A DNA stretch of 39,470 nucleotides from IMG/VR virus record IMGVR_UViG_3300032286_000399, positions 1 through 39,470 of that record; one strand, written 5' to 3'. The DNA is from a virus (lineage: Duplodnaviria > Caudoviricetes). A program made the translations under genes and the position numbers. Below are positions 36,033-39,470 of the stretch, piece after piece. The first letter of the stretch is position 1, and each line of letters opens with the position of its first letter. The notes beneath the pieces are model-generated. The model was not told the DNA's origin. It saw nothing but the letters and a program-made list of their open reading frames with translations, and searched no databases.

Positions 36033-36551
36033 CTAGTGATAGCTATCAATCATACTCATAGCGTCTTTAATTGCCTCATCTCTTTCACCTAAATAGCCCG
36101 ATTGGCTATCGACTACTTCGCCATCATTATCAATAATAACCGCCATGTAAGTATCGCCTCTTAGATAATAGTCATAAACTTTAACCTCATTTTCTAATAG
36201 TTCATAGGGTTTAGTTATGCCATTCTTTTCTGCGTCTTGTTTGGTGATATAAATAAAGCCTAATTGACCGCTATCCCAACGACATGAAAAAGCGCTTGTG
36301 GATATCGTGATATTGCCATGCTCATACATATAAACAGGCAAATAATAGATATCGTCTTTATTATCCTCAATCCATTCTAATAATGCCTCAGGGTCATCAA
36401 ATCTATGTTCATCACCTAAGTTATAGCGCTTGTGATAAAAAGCCATTGTGCCGAGATTATCCCATGCTTTTCTAGGGTCATCTGGATATGTGTCATAACA
36501 TAATTCAATGTTATAGTTTTTATATTCTATTGTTTCTATAATGTCATTCAT
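36033..36551 (-). CDS. conserved phage protein of unknown function
   Basis: PR..WDNLGTM...H.RY.LGD...LPVYMYEHG...CRWDSGQLGFIY. Confidence 0.75.
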   Translation of the reverse strand: MNDIIETIEYKNYNIELCYDTYPDDPRKAWDNLGTMAFYHKRYNLGDEHRFDDPEALLEWIEDNKDDIYYLPVYMYEHGNITISTSAFSCRWDSGQLGFIYITKQDAEKNGITKPYELLENEVKVYDYYLRGDTYMAVIIDNDGEVVDSQSGYLGERDEAIKDAMSMIDSYH

Positions 36552-36864
36552 GTAAAGCCCCTCTCATTATGGTTAATTGATCTGTGATATCTTGATACAT
36601 TCCCGTCATGTAATTACTTCCTAAATCTTTTAAATCCGCCTCAAGTTCTTTAATATACTCAGGAACAGGGATAATTTCAACATTCCATAAATCCTGAATA
36701 AATTCAAGCGTAAAATTTTCAAGCGGTATAGGCTCATCACCGCCTAAATCCTCATAGTCGCTAATTGTTTTAAAATGCTCTTTAATTTCCGCCTCATTCG
36801 GTGGATTATCAAAAGACCATTCGCAGAAATTCCCGCATTCATTGTCTTTTATAATATATTTCAT
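36544..36864 (-). CDS. hypothetical acidic early protein
   Basis: RBS AAGGG. Confidence 0.65.
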   Translation of the reverse strand: MKYIIKDNECGNFCEWSFDNPPNEAEIKEHFKTISDYEDLGGDEPIPLENFTLEFIQDLWNVEIIPVPEYIKELEADLKDLGSNYMTGMYQDITDQLTIMRGALHE

Positions 36865-36866
36865 CT

Positions 36867-37076
36867 TTAAACCCTTTCCCTTAGTTTTAAAATGATATCT
36901 CTTGTTATTTCTCTATCTGCGGTATCGCCTTGAAATTCAAAATCCTTTCTAGTTTCAAGCCTTAAGCGTATGCCTTGCTGAATTTCATCATCTGAGAAAT
37001 CATAGTCATAAATACCGCCTGAACCATAAAAAGATTTTATATAATCGTGAAAACCTTTGAATAGATTGTTAGTCAT
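36867..37076 (-). CDS. hypothetical early protein
   Basis: F.DY..SFYG.GGIY...F.GD..DRE..RD motif. Confidence 0.65.
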   Translation of the reverse strand: MTNNLFKGFHDYIKSFYGSGGIYDYDFSDDEIQQGIRLRLETRKDFEFQGDTADREITRDIILKLRERV

Positions 37077-37233
37077 CTGAATACCTCTCTTTTAAAATGT
37101 CTTTGATTAATTCCGCCTCATGCTCGGTAATGCTAAGCCAATTCGTGTGCGCCCCTTCGGCCTGAATTTTCAGGCTTATAGCCTCGCCTTTGGTTTCGAA
37201 TATCTTATTAAATTTTTGGTCGATATAATCCAT
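37069..37233 (-). CDS. hypothetical early protein (54 aa, not in ORF track)
   Basis: MDYIDQKF...TNWLSIT; RBS GAGAGGG. Confidence 0.6.
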   Translation of the reverse strand: MDYIDQKFNKIFETKGEAISLKIQAEGAHTNWLSITEHEAELIKDILKERYSDD

Positions 37234-37306
37234 TTTTAACCCTCTCAATTAAATAGGCCTAATTTAAGCCCCTAAGCGCCCTATAAAAAGGCGCTTAAAG
37301 ATTAAA
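37234..37306 (-). repeat. intergenic double-hairpin element
   Basis: TTTAA-TCTTTAAGCGCC...GGCGCTTAGGGG-C-TTAAA; close match to 38584-38655. Confidence 0.8.
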
Positions 37307-37765
37307 CTAAGCGTTTAATGGTTCTATTTGATTGTAAGCCTTCATTCTTTCGATATTCTCTAAATAATGCGCATAGTCTATCAGTAGAATATAGTCTAAA
37401 TCAGCTAATAATTGAAAATCGAAAATATGCCAAGCCTCAACAATGCGATGCTCATAATTTTCTACTAAGGCTTGAGCCTGAATACATGATTTTTTTATGT
37501 GTAGAGTATCTTTGATTGTGTATCGGTTCGGCTTAATGAGCGCCTCTGCGATATGTTTAACGACAAAAAGCCTAGCACAATCGGCCATTGGTGTTTCATA
37601 CTCTCGAACCTCGCCCCCGAAAGCCTTGCGGTGTTGCTTTTCGTCTTTTAAATTCATGTTGAAAAGTTCGTCCCTGTAGGCCGTCCAGTTAATGTTATTT
37701 AAAGTTTGTAATTTTATATAAGCGCTATTTACTAAATTAATCGTGTCTTTTTGGTGTTTATTCAT
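37307..37765 (-). CDS. hypothetical early protein
   Basis: 152 aa; RBS AAGGGG. Confidence 0.7.
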   Translation of the reverse strand: MNKHQKDTINLVNSAYIKLQTLNNINWTAYRDELFNMNLKDEKQHRKAFGGEVREYETPMADCARLFVVKHIAEALIKPNRYTIKDTLHIKKSCIQAQALVENYEHRIVEAWHIFDFQLLADLDYILLIDYAHYLENIERMKAYNQIEPLNA

Positions 37766-37941
37766 TTTGTAGCCCCTTTTTGTTGTTTTTTCATTTTTAA
37801 TACTATTTCACAAGCCTGAAGCCTCAAATTTTCATCATCTGAATTTAAGAAGCCACCTAAAATTTTTAATGCTTTTCTCATGTTTCTTAATTCCCAGTCA
37901 GGCCTACGGGATAGATTGGCAATATATTCTTGAAGCGTCAT
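37762..37941 (-). CDS. hypothetical early protein (59 aa, not in ORF track)
   Basis: WELRNMRKALKIL..LN...EN.RL.A; RBS GAGAGGG. Confidence 0.6.
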   Translation of the reverse strand: MTLQEYIANLSRRPDWELRNMRKALKILGGFLNSDDENLRLQACEIVLKMKKQQKGATK

Positions 37942-37943
37942 TT

Positions 37944-38114
37944 TTAAGCCCTCTCAACCGAAAAAACATCAAAGCCTTGAGGCTTGATGTCATGATCGAA
38001 AGGCCAAGCGCCCGCCTCGATACGCTTTAACGCTTCGGCTTCGGCTTCGGTCTTAGAATTTGCGAATAGATGAAACTCATCATTCAAAATTAAAGTTATT
38101 TTAAATCTAGTCAT
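37944..38114 (-). CDS. small early protein, weakly DpnD/PcfM-like (56 aa, not in ORF track)
   Basis: MTRFKITLIL....ANSKTEAEAEA; RBS AAAGGG. Confidence 0.5.
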   Translation of the reverse strand: MTRFKITLILNDEFHLFANSKTEAEAEALKRIEAGAWPFDHDIKPQGFDVFSVERA

Positions 38115-38319
38115 TATTAAGCCCTTTCGATGTTGAAGCCTCTGAGATTAAAGAGGCCATTCTATGACAAAACCAATTATCGATGATCTTTGAAGCGTCA
38201 TCTAATGGAATATTGAATTCTGAAACGATCATTTCAGGCGTCACTCTCAAGCCCTCATCTAGCGACCTATCAAGCGACCTCATTATCCAATCTTTTTTAA
38301 ATTCTGTCTGTTCATTCAT
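38107..38319 (-). CDS. hypothetical early protein
   Basis: RBS AAGGGG. Confidence 0.6.
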   Translation of the reverse strand: MNEQTEFKKDWIMRSLDRSLDEGLRVTPEMIVSEFNIPLDDASKIIDNWFCHRMASLISEASTSKGLNND

Positions 38320-38464
38320 AAGAAGCCCCTTTGATAGCTAAAAAAGCATAAGCCCCCGCCACAATAAAGCATAATAGCGAAGCGAAAAGGCCTATAAACT
38401 CTAAAGAATATAAGCCTAATATGGATAGAAGCGTAGATTGTAAAGCCCTTATTAATTCATACAT
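38312..38464 (-). CDS. small two-helix membrane protein
   Basis: RBS GAGGAGG before MYELIRAL; hydrophobic throughout. Confidence 0.6.
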   Translation of the reverse strand: MYELIRALQSTLLSILGLYSLEFIGLFASLLCFIVAGAYAFLAIKGASYE

Positions 38465-38466
38465 GG

Positions 38467-38583
38467 TTAAGCCTCCTCGATCTGAATGACCGCATGAATA
38501 ATGCGGGTAATTCTTGCTAGATAAGAGGCATAAGCACAAGCCTCGTTTAAACTCTCGAACCTGAAATTATTGCATTCATACAT
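38467..38583 (-). CDS. hypothetical early protein (38 aa, not in ORF track)
   Basis: MYECNNFRFESLNEACAYA; RBS GAAAGGG. Confidence 0.55.
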   Translation of the reverse strand: MYECNNFRFESLNEACAYASYLARITRIIHAVIQIEEA

Positions 38584-38655
38584 AATGAACCCTTTCATTA
38601 ATTAGGCTTAAATTAAGCCCCTGAGCGCCCTAAGATAAGGCGCTCAAAGATTAAT
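38584..38655 (-). repeat. intergenic double-hairpin element
   Basis: ATTAA-TCTTTGAGCGCC...GGCGCTCAGGGG-C-TTAAT then RBS GAAAGGG. Confidence 0.8.
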
Positions 38656-38832
38656 CTAATAACCCTCGCTATAATCCTCAAGGCTTGACACTAGCCCGTC
38701 AAAATCCTCAACGCTTCCAAGTAAAGAAGCAAGGGAAAAAACGATATCCTTTTCAATTCCCATATCAAGCGCCAAATTTTCCAAATAATCTCTTCTATTT
38801 TTATAACCATTCATAGCGTAAACATTATCCAT
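38656..38832 (-). CDS. first early gene, conserved small phage protein (58 aa, not in ORF track)
   Basis: NGY.NR.DYL..LA...G.....V..LA..LG..EDFDGLV..LED; RBS GAAGGG. Confidence 0.7.
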   Translation of the reverse strand: MDNVYAMNGYKNRRDYLENLALDMGIEKDIVFSLASLLGSVEDFDGLVSSLEDYSEGY

Positions 38833-38899
38833 TTTTTAACCCTTCCATATTGTTATTGATATAACAGGCCGAAACCCGTTAAAAAGTATTAGATCAAAG

Positions 38900-38929
38900 A
38901 TTATAAAAGAATGCAAGTTATTTATACAA
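38900..38929 (-). promoter_or_regulatory. putative early promoter
   Basis: Minus strand TTGTAT-N18-TATAAT upstream of the early operon. Confidence 0.5.
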
Positions 38930-39174
38930 TTATTTTCACTGACCCAATCCGCCCCAATAAAGCGCATGGATAGCGAAGCGAAAAAGCCCCGCATATGCTC
39001 AAATGTCAGTAGAGCGTATAGTAAAGCATATAGAAGCAATAGCATAATTGTCTAATAGGATAACATTAACCGATAAGAGATCGTGTCATATGATGCGATT
39101 GTGAAGGTCAATAATTAGCTATTATCTTAAATTTATCTTATAATAAGCATATTCTCATTAAATACCCATTCACT

Positions 39175-39470
39175 ATGAAGCTAACCCGTAAACAGATTAA
39201 AGAAGGCCTCGAAGCGAACCCGATTGACACTCTACTATTGGGAAGCCCTAAGACATTGACCCATAAACAAAAAGCCTTTGCGGAAGCATTAGCGCTCACA
39301 GGTAATAAGGCGGAAGCATACCGCCAAGCCTATGACACTCACTCAAGCCCTAACATTCAAAGCCTCGAAGGCCAACGCTTAGCAAAAAACCCTATTATCG
39401 CTCTACAGGTAGAGGCTATAAAACTATCATTAGAGGCGCAAAAATATCTTTTACCCGCTCATTTAAGGGC
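39175..39470 (+). CDS. terS: terminase small subunit (3' truncated, not in ORF track)
   Basis: MKLTRKQIKEGL...LTHKQKAFAEALALTGNKAEAYRQAY...LAKNP.I; open to the window end. Confidence 0.8.
   Translation, partial: MKLTRKQIKEGLEANPIDTLLLGSPKTLTHKQKAFAEALALTGNKAEAYRQAYDTHSSPNIQSLEGQRLAKNPIIALQVEAIKLSLEAQKYLLPAHLR

Noticed and set aside
34069-38655. CRISPR array or intrinsic terminators
   Set aside because: The repeats are kilobases apart, separated by genes, non-identical and lack U-tracts.
38836-39045. Minus-strand 69-aa ORF
   Set aside because: It spans the putative early promoter and leader hairpins and has no clear RBS.
1-39470. Prophage boundary, integrase, or alternative genetic code
   Set aside because: No host housekeeping flank, att site or integrase was seen; genes read cleanly in the standard code using all three stop codons.

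Overview
A 39.5 kb piece of a tailed dsDNA phage genome (AT-rich; podovirus-like tail and ejection modules). From left to right it contains: (1) tail fibre-like genes, a holin/M15 endolysin pair, tail and ejection proteins, and a 2268-aa polyvalent protein (1-19149, +); (2) RusA (-) and a divergent recombination operon (PD-(D/E)XK nuclease, HNH-AP2, ERF, SSB-like, many small genes); (3) a control region at about 26.6-27.45 kb; (4) an SF2 helicase and a Toprim primase-like gene; (5) a long minus-strand run of small early-type genes; (6) the start of a terminase small subunit. No integrase, DNA polymerase, capsid, portal, tRNA or CRISPR was recognised. The best signals are not in the ORF track. 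One is a standalone pqqA (PQQ precursor peptide, MWTTPSATEMRFGFEVTMYVMNK) with its own RBS, terminator and phased upstream repeats, which suggests a Methylophilaceae-type host. Next to it is a promoter-to-terminator ~110-nt sRNA that carries anti-Shine-Dalgarno loops and is complementary to the leader of the next transcript. There is also a family of ~70-nt covarying hairpins between early genes, and apparent avoidance of CCAGC/GCTGG in the right-hand 12 kb. All family calls come from motif recognition by eye; no searches were run.
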